This document shows, piece after piece, positions 47,816 to 59,875 of a DNA stretch of 64,000 nucleotides; within the stretch, counting starts at the first letter, position 1; every line of letters begins with the position of its first letter. The position numbers and the translations under genes are program-made. Under the pieces are notes generated by a model. That model did not search any database. It had not been told where the DNA came from and was given only the letters and a program-made list of their open reading frames with translations. The DNA is from Macrostomum hystrix (Eukaryota > Animalia > Platyhelminthes): contig CATNEN010000034.1 of the NCBI GenBank assembly GCA_950097015.1, forward strand, positions 2,294,001-2,358,000, given 5' to 3'.

Positions 47816-49129
47816 AAATCAGTAAAATTATTCTAAACTTCATAAATAGAATATAAATGTGTCAGCCCAGTCGGGCCACATGTGCAGAGAGCCCCTGTGC
47901 TCAAAAAGCCCCAGCTCCTGCTCAACTCATAAAGTGCAACTGACCTACGGGGCTGGCGGATGTGAAATCTCCGAGCTCACAGAATCCCAAAAGCTCTCTC
48001 TGCGACTCCGGCTTTGGCTGGGGCGAGAATGGGGAATTGAGGAAGTGCTGCAGCTAGGGGATCACGGCTCATAGGTGACGCAGGCACTCGCTGAGGTGCT
48101 GCACAACTCGACTGGAATATGGCGGGCCGACCCAGGGTGGCGCACGAGGGGAAATAGTGGGAGAATGAGAGAAGAAGGAAGAGGAAAGAATGAGGGAGGT
48201 CTGGCCAGGCTCGGATGCAAATGCGAAATCGGGGATCGGGTGGGGGCGGGAGGTAGGGAGAATTGCCAGAGGATAGTGGTGTGCGCGCCCCACACTTGCC
48301 TCATTAATGCATCATTTTTATGCAGCAGCAGCGGCAGCAGCAGCTTGAGAGTTGAGTCCGTCAGAGAGAAATAGAGAGACGAGGGCAATGATGCAGAGGT
48401 GGGAGTCAGGGGCTCCGAGCTGCAAAAGCCAACCAGACCCAGTCTCCTCAACTCCCTTATTTCAGACTGATCAGCTCCGGGGAAGCACAGAAGTCGAGGG
48501 AGAACGGGTGCTAAGGCAGGATGGAAGTTGGGGAGGTGCAGCTGAGCTGAAAAAATATTCCAGGAAATTCACAGCGCCAGAAATCACACCCGCTTCCTCG
48601 TGCCACGGCTTCCATTTCCCTAGCGCATTTTTCGTCTTCCCATTTCTTTCTCTGGCACTCGGCAGCAGCTGCAGCAGCCGACTCAAAGTCTATAGCGGGC
48701 TCGAGCAGGCCAACAACTCCAAGACGCACGCGGGGGGGGGGTTCGCCTTCATCACCGGCCCCCTCAAATAGCCGAGTGTCTCATTTTTCTGGAGAGCCCT
48801 CACGAGCGGCCACAGTTTTTCGTCTTTTTTTCTCACTTCAGAGTCCGCCGCCTGAGTCCGGTGTGGCACTGGGTGAGGCCAGCAAAATGCGCTCGATTCT
48901 ACAGCCGGCCCGAGAACTTGGACCAAAAATGCCTTTTTATTGATCGAATTGTGGCCTTCCATCTGAGCTGCTCAGCCAAAATCTTCGACTTGTTCTGTCT
49001 ATATATTGCATTTCCCCAGCTATGCCAGTTTGACTTTCATGGGCTGACCTCAATATTATTTTTCCCTCTGTTACTTTCCCCTTTCCTCATCTCTTCTACA
49101 CGCTAATTCTTCCCATTTTCTCTTTCCTT

Positions 49130-50278
49130 TATCTCATTGTTCCCATTTCACATCCCTCCATCTCATTGTTCCCATTTCACATCCCTCCATCTCATTGTTC
49201 CCATTTCTTATCCCTCCATCTCATTGTTCCCATTTCACATCCCTCCATCTCATTGTTCCCATTTCTTATCCCTTCATCTCATTGTTCCCATTTCTTATCC
49301 CTCCATCTCATTGTTCCCATTTCTTATCCCTCCATCTCATTGTTCCCATTTCTTATCCCTCCATCTCATTGTTCCCATTTCTTATCCCTCCATCTCATTG
49401 TTCCCATTTCTTATCCCTCCATCTCATTGTTCCCATTTCTCTTCCCTCCATCTCATTGTTCCCATTTCTCTCCCTCCATCTCATTGTTCCCATTTCACAT
49501 CCCTCCATCTCATTGTTCCCATTTCACATCCCTCCATCTCATTGTTCCCATTTCTCTCCCTCCATCTCATTGTTCCCATTTCACATCCCTCCATCTCATT
49601 CTTCCCATTTCACATCCCTCCATCTCATTGTTCCCATTTCACATCCCTCCATCTCATTGTTCCCATTTCACATCCCTCCATCTCATTGTTCCCATTTCAC
49701 ATCCCTCCATCTCATTGTTCCCATTTCACATCCCTCCATCTCATTGTTCCCATTTCTCTCCCTCCATCTCATTCTTCCCATTTCACATCCCTCCATCTCA
49801 TTCTTCCCATTTCACATCCCTCCATCTCATTGTTCCCATTTCACATCCCTCCATCTCATTGTTCCCATTTCACATCCCTCCATCTCATTGTTCCCATTTC
49901 TCATCCCTCCATCTCATTCTTCCCATTTCACATCCCTCCATCTCATTGTTCCCATTTCACATCCCTCCATCTCATTGTTCCCATTTCTTATCCCTCCATC
50001 TCATTGTTCCCATTTCACATCCCTCCATCTCATTGTTCCCATTTCACATCCCTCCATCTCATTGTTCCCATTTCTCATCCCTCCATCTCATTGTTCCCAT
50101 TTCTCATCCCTCCATCTCATTGTTCCCATTTCTCATCCCTCCATCTCATTGTTCCCATTTCTCATCCCTCCATCTCATTGTTCCCATTTCTCATCCCTCC
50201 ATCTTATTGTTCCCATTTCTCATCCCTCCATCTCATTGTTCCCATGTCTCATCCCTCCATCTCATTCTTCCCATTTCT
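49130..50278. repeat. 29-bp minisatellite (CATCCCTCCATCTCATTGTTCCCATTTCA)n
   Basis: ~39 units. Confidence 0.96.
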
Positions 50279-51221
50279 ATCCAATCCCTCTCATTATTCC
50301 TCCTCGTTTCCCCTTAACCTTCCATCCTCAGTTTTTTATTTACTAATTAGATCGAATCGCCGACCCAACTGTGCCATGCCCTGTCGCCCAAGGTCCTTAA
50401 ATCCTATTCATTAATTGCCACCAGTTTTCCCCAGAGCATTGATGCAACTCACTCTGCTCAAAATTTGCTCTTAACCCCACTGTCAGAGTTTCACAGATAC
50501 CTACTGGCCTTACAAAAGAGGCAAGTGGCCCATCCAGTTGCTATGCAAACTTTGATTATCAATCAAGCTACCCCAATTAGCAACAAGAAGTCAGGAAAAA
50601 ACCTGCCCCATTTAGTTATCTAAGTTATTCCGCTTCGACAAACAAGGCTTTGAATTTCGCAGTAAAAAAACTAAAATTAATGCCAGTTTAACTGGCGATA
50701 GAATCCTTCACTTCTTTATGTAGCTTTTCTATTAGTTGAGATTTCATGCTTAAGTGCAACAATGCTTGGCGAGCTTCAGTGGAACTGTCTCATTGAAAAT
50801 CAGAACAAAAAAATTTGAGACGAGTTTTTTTGGAAATAGCAAAAAAAATTGCCTTTTTTCGAAGACAAAATTTCTAGACGGGAAGTTGAGCGACCCGCAG
50901 CTCGCACAAATTTTCCTTTTTTCGTGTCAACGGAAGTGGCGCAGAAGCAGGCAGGGAGCTCATCTTTCTCTGGCAATTTGGCAACGCGTTTTCAAGTGCC
51001 CGCCCTAATTCCCGTTTCCTCCTTCTTTCTTTCTTCCGTGCTCCAAGAAATTTTCCCCAACCGTCTGCTCACTAAATCGACATTCGGAAAGCTCTGTTCT
51101 CCGCCTTTCGCTAGCTCTTCAGGACTGACCCGGCTTGCTAATTATTCACTCCATCACCTACGCCAACCTGCCCCTGCTCCCAGATATCCCCCTGCTCCTT
51201 CTTTATCTTAACTATATCCCA

Positions 51222-52410
51222 CTCCCTGCTTCTCACTCCCTGCTTCGCTCACTCCCTGCTTCTCTCCCTCCCTGCTTCTCACTCCCTGCTTCTCTCTCCC
51301 TGCTTCTCTCTCCCTGCTTCGCTCACTCCCTGCTTCGCTCACTCCCTGCTTCTCTCTCTCTCCCTGCTTCTCACTCCCTGCTTCTCTCTCCCTGCTTCTC
51401 GCTCCCTGCTTCGCTCACTCCCTGCTTCGCTCACTCCCTGCTTATCTCTCTCCCTATTTCTCACTCCCTGCTTCTCTCACTCCCTGCTTCTCTCTCTCTG
51501 CTTCTCACTCCCTGCTTCTCTCTCCCTGCTTCTCGCTCCCTGCTTCGCTCACTCCCTGCTTATCTCTCTCCCTGCTTCTCACTCCCTGCTTCTCACTCCC
51601 TGCTTCTCTCTCCCTGCTTCTCGCTCCCTGCTTCGCCCACTCCCTGCTTATCTCTCTCCCTGCTTCTCACTCCCTGCTTCTCTCACTCCCTGCTTCTCTC
51701 TCTCCCTGCTTATCTCTCCCTGCTTATCTCTCCCCGCTCTTCTCTCTCCCTGCTTCTCTCTCCCTGCTTATCTCTCCCCGCTCTTCTCTCTCCCTGCTTC
51801 TCTCTCTCCCCTGCTTCTCACTCCCTGCTCTTCTCTCTCTCCCTGCTTTTCTCTCCCTGCTTATCTCTCCCTGCTTATCTCTCCCTGCTTATCTCTCTCC
51901 CTGCTTCTCACTCCCTGCTTCTCTCACTCCCTGCTTATCTCTCTCCCTGCTTCTCACTCCCTGCTTCTCTCACTCCCTGCTTCTCTCTCTCCCTGCTTAT
52001 CTCTCCCTGCTTATCTCTCCCCGCTCTTCTCTCTCCCTGCTTCTCTCTCCCTGCTTATCTCTCCCCGCTCTTCTCTCTCCCTGCTTCTCTCTCTCCCCTG
52101 CTTCTCACTCCCTGCTCTTCTCTCTCTCCCTGCTTTTCTCTCCCTGCTTATCTCTCCCTGCTTATCTCTCCCTGCTTCTCTCTCCCCTGTTTCTCTCTCC
52201 CTGCTTATCTCTCCCTGCTTATCTCTCCCTGCTTCTCTCACTCCCTGCTTCTCTCACTCCCTGCTTATCTCTCCCTGCTCATCTTTCCCAGCTTCTCTCT
52301 CCCTGCTTCTCTCTCCCTGCTTCTCTCTCCCTGCTTCTCTCTCCCTGCTTCCCTATCCCTGATCCTTTATCTCCCTGCTTCTCCTCTCTCTGCTTCTCAC
52401 TCCCTGCTTC
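51222..52410. repeat. ~14-bp pyrimidine-rich minisatellite (CTCCCTGCTTCTCA)n
   Basis: Direct reading. Confidence 0.93.
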
Positions 52411-53344
52411 TCTCTCGTTTCTCTCTCTCACTCTACATATCTCTCTCTCTGCCTGTCTCGTCTTCAGCTCGAACACCCCATATTTCGCCAATCCTACTGT
52501 TCTTTGACTCGACAATCAGTAAGTCGTAAATTACCCAACTATCGTCAGACAAAATCAATAGACAGACAGCGATGAATTTCTTTGTAATTTCGACCCGTCC
52601 ACGCTGTCACATTTAAAAACAATAGAGCGAAATCGGATGGCGGTGCAATTAAAACAACGCCAACAGAAGATAATAGAAAAAGCGAATTCCACATTGAAAG
52701 ACCTACCATAAAAATTTCACGAAGAATTGAGATAGAAGGGTTATACTATACTCAAACATGCAGATCGTACCGCCTGACTGCACAGAAATTGTCAACTTCG
52801 CGGGACAACAATAATAATAATATGAGCGCCGAGTTTTAATTCGAATCATTCTTCATCCTCATTCTAATAAAAGGGGATTTTATTTCAATTGAATTGAATC
52901 CCCCCCGTGGCGGGGAGACTCTGATGATAGAGTGTGACCTCAGTGCGCGCACACAATGGCTAGACAGGGCAGTTTATTTTGTGTACACACTCGCCTAAGT
53001 CTTCGATCGCATTTTTACAAGTGGATTTCATAGTCGGCTCCGAAAGCCAATTTAACTCACTTCGCCCAACCCCCAGTCTAAACTCATAGACAAAGCAAAT
53101 AGGCGCCCAGCCACCTTAAAGTTGCGACAAGCTTTGGGAAGGCCTGCGGCAACCCGCCAGCAAATACTCGAAATTGTCTACGAAATAGCACTACAACTTC
53201 GTTTACGTAATAGTCTGGAGGGCAAAATTAGGGATATTAAAGACGCACTTCAATCGATTAAGACTGGCGTTTTTACGTATAACAGGGCAAATAGCTAAAA
53301 CAATTAGTCTGCCTTAATCAAATCCTAGTTAATTTTCACATCCA

Positions 53345-53670
53345 ACCCCAGTTTCTTTCCCTCCCTGCATCTCACCTCAGTTTCTTTCTCTCCCTACATC
53401 ACACCCCAGTTTCTTTCCCTCCCTACATCACACCCCAGTTTCTTTCTCTCCCTACATCACACCCCAGTTTCTTTCTCTCCCTACATCACACCCCAGTTTC
53501 TTTCTCTCCCTACATCACACCCCAGTTTCTTGCCTCCCTGCATCACACCCCAGTTTCTTTCTCTCCCTACATCACACCCCAGTTTCTTGCCTCCCTGCAT
53601 CACACCCCAGTTTCTTTCCCTACATGACACCCCAGTTTCTTGCCTCCCTGCATCTCACCCAAGTTCCTTC
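53345..53670. repeat. 29-bp minisatellite (CACACCCCAGTTTCTTTCTCTCCCTACAT)n
   Basis: ~11 units, abutting a purine-rich array. Confidence 0.9.
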
Positions 53671-53679
53671 ATCTCACCA

Positions 53680-54235
53680 GAGATGAGACAGGGGAGAAAT
53701 AAGACAGGGTAGAGATTAAATAGGGGAGAGATGAGACAGGGGAGAGTTTAGAGTGGGGAGAGATGAGACTCGGGAGAGATGAGACAGGGGAGAGATGAGA
53801 CAGGGGAGAGATGAGACAGGGGAGAGATGAGACAGGGGAGAGATGAGACAGGGGAGAGATGAGACAGGAGAGATGAGACAGGGGAGAGTTTAGAGTGGGG
53901 AGAGATGAGACTCGGGAGAGATAAGACTCGGGAGAGATGAGACAGGGGAGAGATGAGACAGGGGAGAGATGAGACAGGGGAGAGATGAGACAGGGGAGAG
54001 ATGAGACAGGGGAGAGATGAGACAGGGGAGAGATGAGACTGGGGAGAGATGAGACAGGGGAGAGATGAGACTGGGGAGAGATGAGACTGGGGAGAGATGA
54101 GACAGGGGAGAGATGAGACTGGGGAGAGATGAGACTGGGGAGAGATGAGACAGGGGAGAGATGAGACAGGGGAGAGATGAGACAGGGGAGAGATGAGACT
54201 GGGGAGATGAGACTGGGGAGAGATGAGACAGGGGC
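53680..54235. repeat. 16-bp minisatellite (GAGATGAGACAGGGGA)n
   Basis: ~33 units with the same core as the arrays at 7920 and 21115. Confidence 0.95.
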
Positions 54236-54769
54236 CTGTAAATGTTGAGTCACTGGGTCAAATAGATCAGTTCTGCAATTGATCCAGTAAGGATTCAGTA
54301 CAGGATGGCGCCGCCCTCCACCTAAGAAGTGCTAATGCACTGCTAGCGAATAAAAGTACAAATCATACTCGAGGTAATTTTCACACGGACTTGCAACATC
54401 AGACAGACGGAATGCAGTTCACATCCGATTGCGTAGATGACAGCCAGTGCAGTTTTAGGGTGCCGCAATATTACACAATCGTTACCTCTATAAGGGCCAT
54501 TGTGTGTGGCCTGCAATTACACAAATTTGCAGTGCGAGCCTATTTATCTTCACTGCCGTATACATTTCAGACGATTGCGTCATTGTAAGCAAAAAATGAT
54601 TAGAGGCGCCAAAGCTATCAACCCCCGCGGAGCTGTCCTTCTGCATACGCAATGCTTAAATACGAGTATGATGCTTTTTGTGCTAATTTTCTGTTTATTT
54701 TTGTCTCACAACTTTGTCCTGCAGTTTACGCTAATGAAGACTGAGGCCCAATGCTCTGCGTATTTTTAT

Positions 54770-55084
54770 ACTTGGATGACGAGAATGTCAATGCAGTGTA
54801 CACACTCCCTTGTTGGCTGCGGTCACTTGCACGTCATCTGGTGACACTAGACCCGCAGCCAGTGAGGAGGCAATTTTGTCAATTTCGCTGACTCCTGAGC
54901 ACACACTCACACAGGCGCGTTCATCTGCCCTGACTTTCTCATCATCAAGCAGTGTACACTCTCATTGTACCTTGGAGGTTGGCCCTCAAGGGCGTAAATT
55001 GCGTTCTCGACGCGGAATCGTGGAATGTCGCGCGGGACCTTCGCGCGAGAGGCAAACGCGCTGACCGCTCTGCCACTCACCCCC
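54770..55084 (-). mobile_element. tRNA-derived SINE, family 1, copy D (internal deletions)
   Basis: The reverse complement reads gggggtgagtggcagagcggtcagcgcgtttgcctctcgcgcgaaggtccc…gagggccaacctccaagg…aattgcctcctcactggctgcgggtctagtgtcacc…ccgcagcc. The 3' boundary is approximate. Confidence 0.83.
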
Positions 55085-56863
55085 GAAATGTTTAAAAAGT
55101 AGTGACTCCACAATCGCTTAAAGCTAAAACTTTGCTCAAAACTTCCTCGAGCATCGATTGAATCGCTTAGGCTCGGACACAGGTCCTGGACTTGAGAGAG
55201 CGAGACAGGGAGAATTGCCAAGAAAAATAGAGAGCGTCGGTGAATGTACTTTTACAACACACACTAGACTCAGCGCCCCACCCCTCCCTGTGCTAGGAGG
55301 AAATCAGCAGCTTCTCATGCGTGCCACCCGCAGTCGAATCTGGCTCGCAATCGAGTCCCAGTCGTTACCCTCCCCATCAACACCTGAATTTAGTTGACCA
55401 ACTCGAAGATAGACTTGGAACATTGAGAAAGGTAGAATGTGAAATGATGCAATAAAAAGCATTTGCCCCCCCCCACAGCTGAGTAAGTAATTATGAATCC
55501 AAGGCCACCCCTGTCGCTAACGCCTCACCACCCGACCGGGAGAAAAAAATAGTCTTCTTCCTCCTGCGAGCTGGTTCTCAGCTCCAGTCGCGGGGACGGC
55601 GCCATCGGCATCGATAGCCCCGAGGCTAGGGGGGGGGTAAAACTATTGATTTCCGACCGCTGAGAGCTGGCCGTTCTCAGCGGCTACTCAGCGCGTATTA
55701 GGAGAAGGGCAGTAAGCTGCAAGGGCTCAAAAAGCCAGACTGGGCCAAGAGTGGCCCCCATCTGCTCGGCCGTGAGCATGAATACATAATTCTTGGCGTG
55801 TTATGAACGGATCAGTCTTACTGAGCTAAGCAGACGGGTTGGTAGGTGCGGACTGGGAGTCTTTTCCCCTACAGAAACTGGTCCGATCGATTCCGTTGCG
55901 GTACTTCCAGCAACCCGCTTTAATCCCGAAACTCAGAAAAAACAAATGTGAAATGGGGAGAAGTTAGTAATAATACTAGCCTACCGATTAATTGGCCTCA
56001 TGGCTGGGCAATATCCATCAACTGTGCCCTGAAATCTGTTCTCCCACTTTTTCACTTATTTTCCTTTTCCCGACTTACCTCACTGATAAGGGGAAGAATG
56101 ATGGAAACAGGAAGAGGCTGAGAAGTGTTTAGGGCGACAGAGCAATCAAAAAGATGGTTGTGTGCTTGGATATCGTCAGTAACCGTGCCGTCAGCGAGCC
56201 GTCAGTAACCAAGCATGAAAATTTTCGTCCGTTCTGAGGCGTGTCGCGCAGTGATTATTTACTCTCTTTGAGTCCTATCGAGGAGCTATCTAGAAAAAGT
56301 TTTTCTGTTAAACTCTAAGAGACCAATACTTTAAATCTCGATGTTTTGAGCATCATTTACTAGAATTCCTAGAAAATCATATTTCTAGTCTAAGTCGACA
56401 TATTTAACGAGTTTAGCAGTATCGATCACAAAACTTACCTACTCAAATTCATTTGATGACATTCGGACAATGGTGCGAATATTAACAATACGATTCCATT
56501 TATGGTTGCTATGCAGTTATGAGACTCAACATGCGATAATTTCATGCTAAAATTCACTATGCTATTGTCTAAGTGTTGATGCGATTATTCACTGAAAAAT
56601 ACGCTCAGGTGGGCACTAATGAATCTCTATTGTGACCGTGGACTCACCTGGTAAGCAACTACCGAGTTGGCTGTCGGCCATGCCCCGTTGCCCCCGGTTA
56701 CCCAGCCATAACTGTAGCCTCCCCAAATTTAATTTCCCATTCTGGTCTCGCGTGAGGAATATTCTATACTAACTCTACTAAGTTGATGACAACAAAAACT
56801 AATTGAGCATCGAAGTTGAGCTATTGAACTTGGCTGGGGTTGGAGCTGACTAATCTGCCTCGG

Positions 56864-57052
56864 CGGTGACCAGGTCGGTAACAAAAACTAGGGCCAGTTT
56901 TACACGACCGCTATTTTCATTCCTAGCAGAATTTTGCCCCAAAAAACGGCTCTCCCACCCCGATTTGATGGATCGTTTGTCCCAGCGGCTACCGGGCACA
57001 GATTTTTTCGGAGAAAATCTCAAACAAACCTGCCCATGGTCAGCCACCACCC
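56864..57052. mobile_element. Possible degenerate hAT (Blackjack-like) MITE remnant
   Basis: Ends ggtgacca … tggtcagcc are an imperfect inverted pair, with internal tgtccc/ccgggcac motifs. No TSD seen. Confidence 0.25.
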
Positions 57053-59875
57053 ATAGCTAACTTTCATTGCTAGTCAGTATACTGCCCTTTATGGTATGAG
57101 TCCGCACGAGACTGTATCTGTACAATGGCCATCTTGGCATTGGCTTCAACCAAAGCTGCCTGTCCGTCAGCCTTTTAGCAATAAGCCGAATGATGTTTGT
57201 ATCCAGAAGTCGCCCTGGCTTTAGGCTGGCCAACGGCTTGGGTAAACACCGGGTGCCTCGGAGGCCGGTTTGGTCCTAGCTAAGGTGGCTTGACAGCCCC
57301 AGTGACTGATGATAAGCATCAGCGGACTAGGCCACGCCATCTGCTGAGCAGTTTTGAACTTCCACCCCACCCCACGCAATGCTCCCATGTGAAATACTCG
57401 GGCCCGTTGCATTGAGCATAGACTCAGGGGGTAGTCCGAGTCTGTTGAGCCCCTTCCTTGTTCAATCGCGAATCGCTGCACTGTCACCGGTCCCTGGGCT
57501 GTTCCGCTTCACCTCGGAGAAAAATAATTGCCTTCTTTGTCTGCAGATTTTGCCTCGAATTCTCTTCCCAATTGCTTCCCAAAAAGCTCAAAGTCTTCTT
57601 ACTGCTTCGGTCTTTGTCGTTTTCCCCACTCGGCAGAGTCCAAGCTAATCTGTTCCTTAGAGCTCTGATTCACGGTGGAATTCTTTGTCCCTGGTGCTCG
57701 CTGCTTTTTTAGTCATAAAAACTGACAGCAGAAGCTGGCGCGCTTCTCTTTGATGTTGCGGCGCGTTTCTTTCAGCTAATTTTGCGTGCGTCGCTTACCG
57801 CCATGAAAACATTGGCATCATAACGCTGGTTAATCTATTCTATAACTTTTGCATTGCGCAGACCCTTTAGTTATTAAGCTCGGCTGTTTTTGCATCAAAT
57901 GACTTCTCAAAGCTGTGCCAAGATTTCCATGGAATATACGCTCGTATTGTTCAATCATTAGAGGGCGCGTCGGTAAAAAACGTTTGATGTCCAGTTTTCT
58001 ATTGTCTATTTGGTGCAACAAAATATGAAATGAAAAACGTGTTATGCTTAGATTCAGTCAGCATCTAACAATGTTTGACACGACCTGTCTGTCTGGCCTT
58101 TCATTTCCTCTCGTTTCTGAATTCTCCGCACTTGACTTTCGCAATGCCGCGAGTGATGTCGACTCCAGTCGATGACATTTTGAAGGGCCGCTGGATAGCT
58201 TGGTGAAAGGCCGAGGCCTAGACTTGAAGGTTTCTCAGCCCCTTTTCTGACATTGCTCAAGAGAGACATTGTGGAATTAAATGCATTGCAGTGCGAAAGG
58301 TGAAGTACGGTCATTCGCGTCATTCTATCGAGCCTGTTCCGGTCACGCTTGGAGTGTTGAAGTGACTCCTTCGTGGTGAAATTGGCATGGCTAAATCGTA
58401 TTTCAACTAAGAAAACTCGCAGATTGCATGCGCTAGTCCTGCTGGATGATTCCTTAGAATTAGGAATAGAGAATTCTTCCCAGATCAATCAATTTCATTT
58501 GGTATTTAAGCACAAAAGAACGCACGACAAGAAGCAAGCCCTAATTAAAAAAGAATTTGACAATACCTTTGTATTGGGCTTGCAAATCTGGGAGTATTTG
58601 ATATTCGAGTTTGCTATTATGTCATCGCTTCTCTCCTGTGCTCTGGGCCCTTGAGAGCTTTGTTCTGGCTTTCGAAGCTCAGGGCTCGATTAGTCAGATA
58701 GGGAGAGGCGAGCGGTGCTAGCGAGGAGGTAGGGATAAAAGTGGGAAGTTTTGATGCTCCATCGCACGAGTGCGGCCCCCTTACCCTCGCTCAGCTCTCT
58801 CCTCATTTTTAGAGAACTCGCAGACTCCGCTGCAATCGGTTGGTTCCCGCTTACTGGCTCCGAGTCTGTCTGTCTGTCGCGGCCACCTCTTCATCGTCCC
58901 CTTCCCCGCGCCAGCAGCTTTAGGTGAGCTCACCCAAGGCGGAGGATGGGGACTAACAAGAACGAGTTTGGAGAAAGGGGGAGCGCTGATGATGAAGGCA
59001 TGGGGAAGGTGAAGATGCATGCATTGGGAGAAGATTTTAGGCCCGTCTCCACCACCCGCTGCCAACCTCTAACAGGCAAGCTCGCGGGGCTTCTCCCCCA
59101 GCTTTCCCCATCCCTGCCTGTCCTCCGCTTCAAGTCCGGTGTGTGTGTGTGCTCACAACTCCGTGACAGCTTGGCCCGGCCTCGGCCCAATAGGTGAGTT
59201 GGGGGAGGGGGTCTTTCAGTACCAAAGGCTCCCGAGGCACACACTGAAACCGGGGCTCCGCATACACAGCACGCCAATCACCCACCCCCAATTCCACAAA
59301 ACTTCCACCCGGAGGGCCAAAAAGGGGGAGTTTGGGCCCCTCTTTTTCAAAGCCGCCACCCCAGCCGATTCCTCGGGCAAGTCCCCTTTCTAACTCAGCC
59401 AACCATCTCCCTCCGCCGCCTCTTCCCCATCTCCCCTCTTCATCCCCAACCCCATCCGGAGTCCCTCAAAACCCGAAGAGAACTAAAAAGCGAAGGCTTC
59501 GGGGGCTTGAAGCAGAGAGAGAAAAAGATTGCAGTGGGGTCTCGCTGGAATTTTCTGCTAGTGGCGCTGCACGCAATCGCAATACAGCCGGCTCGCACGC
59601 AAGGGCGCCCCCAGACTGCCATTTTCCTGAGCCTGGCTCCCCAGTCTCTGGCTCAGGGTGAGTTAAAAGCAGCTGCTCCGAGCAGAAAGACTCAGCTATT
59701 TTCCGCTGCGGAGTCCCAGCTTCAGCTAGCAGCCAAGACTCGCTCCAGCGACAGGGCGACAGTCAGGACCACAGCCGGTGCCACTGCGGCATTGAAGGCT
59801 TAAAGAGCCTATTTGTGTTAGCTCAGCGTCATCATTGCTAAGAAGGTGCTTCGCGACAAGCTGTGCGAGCTGCGC

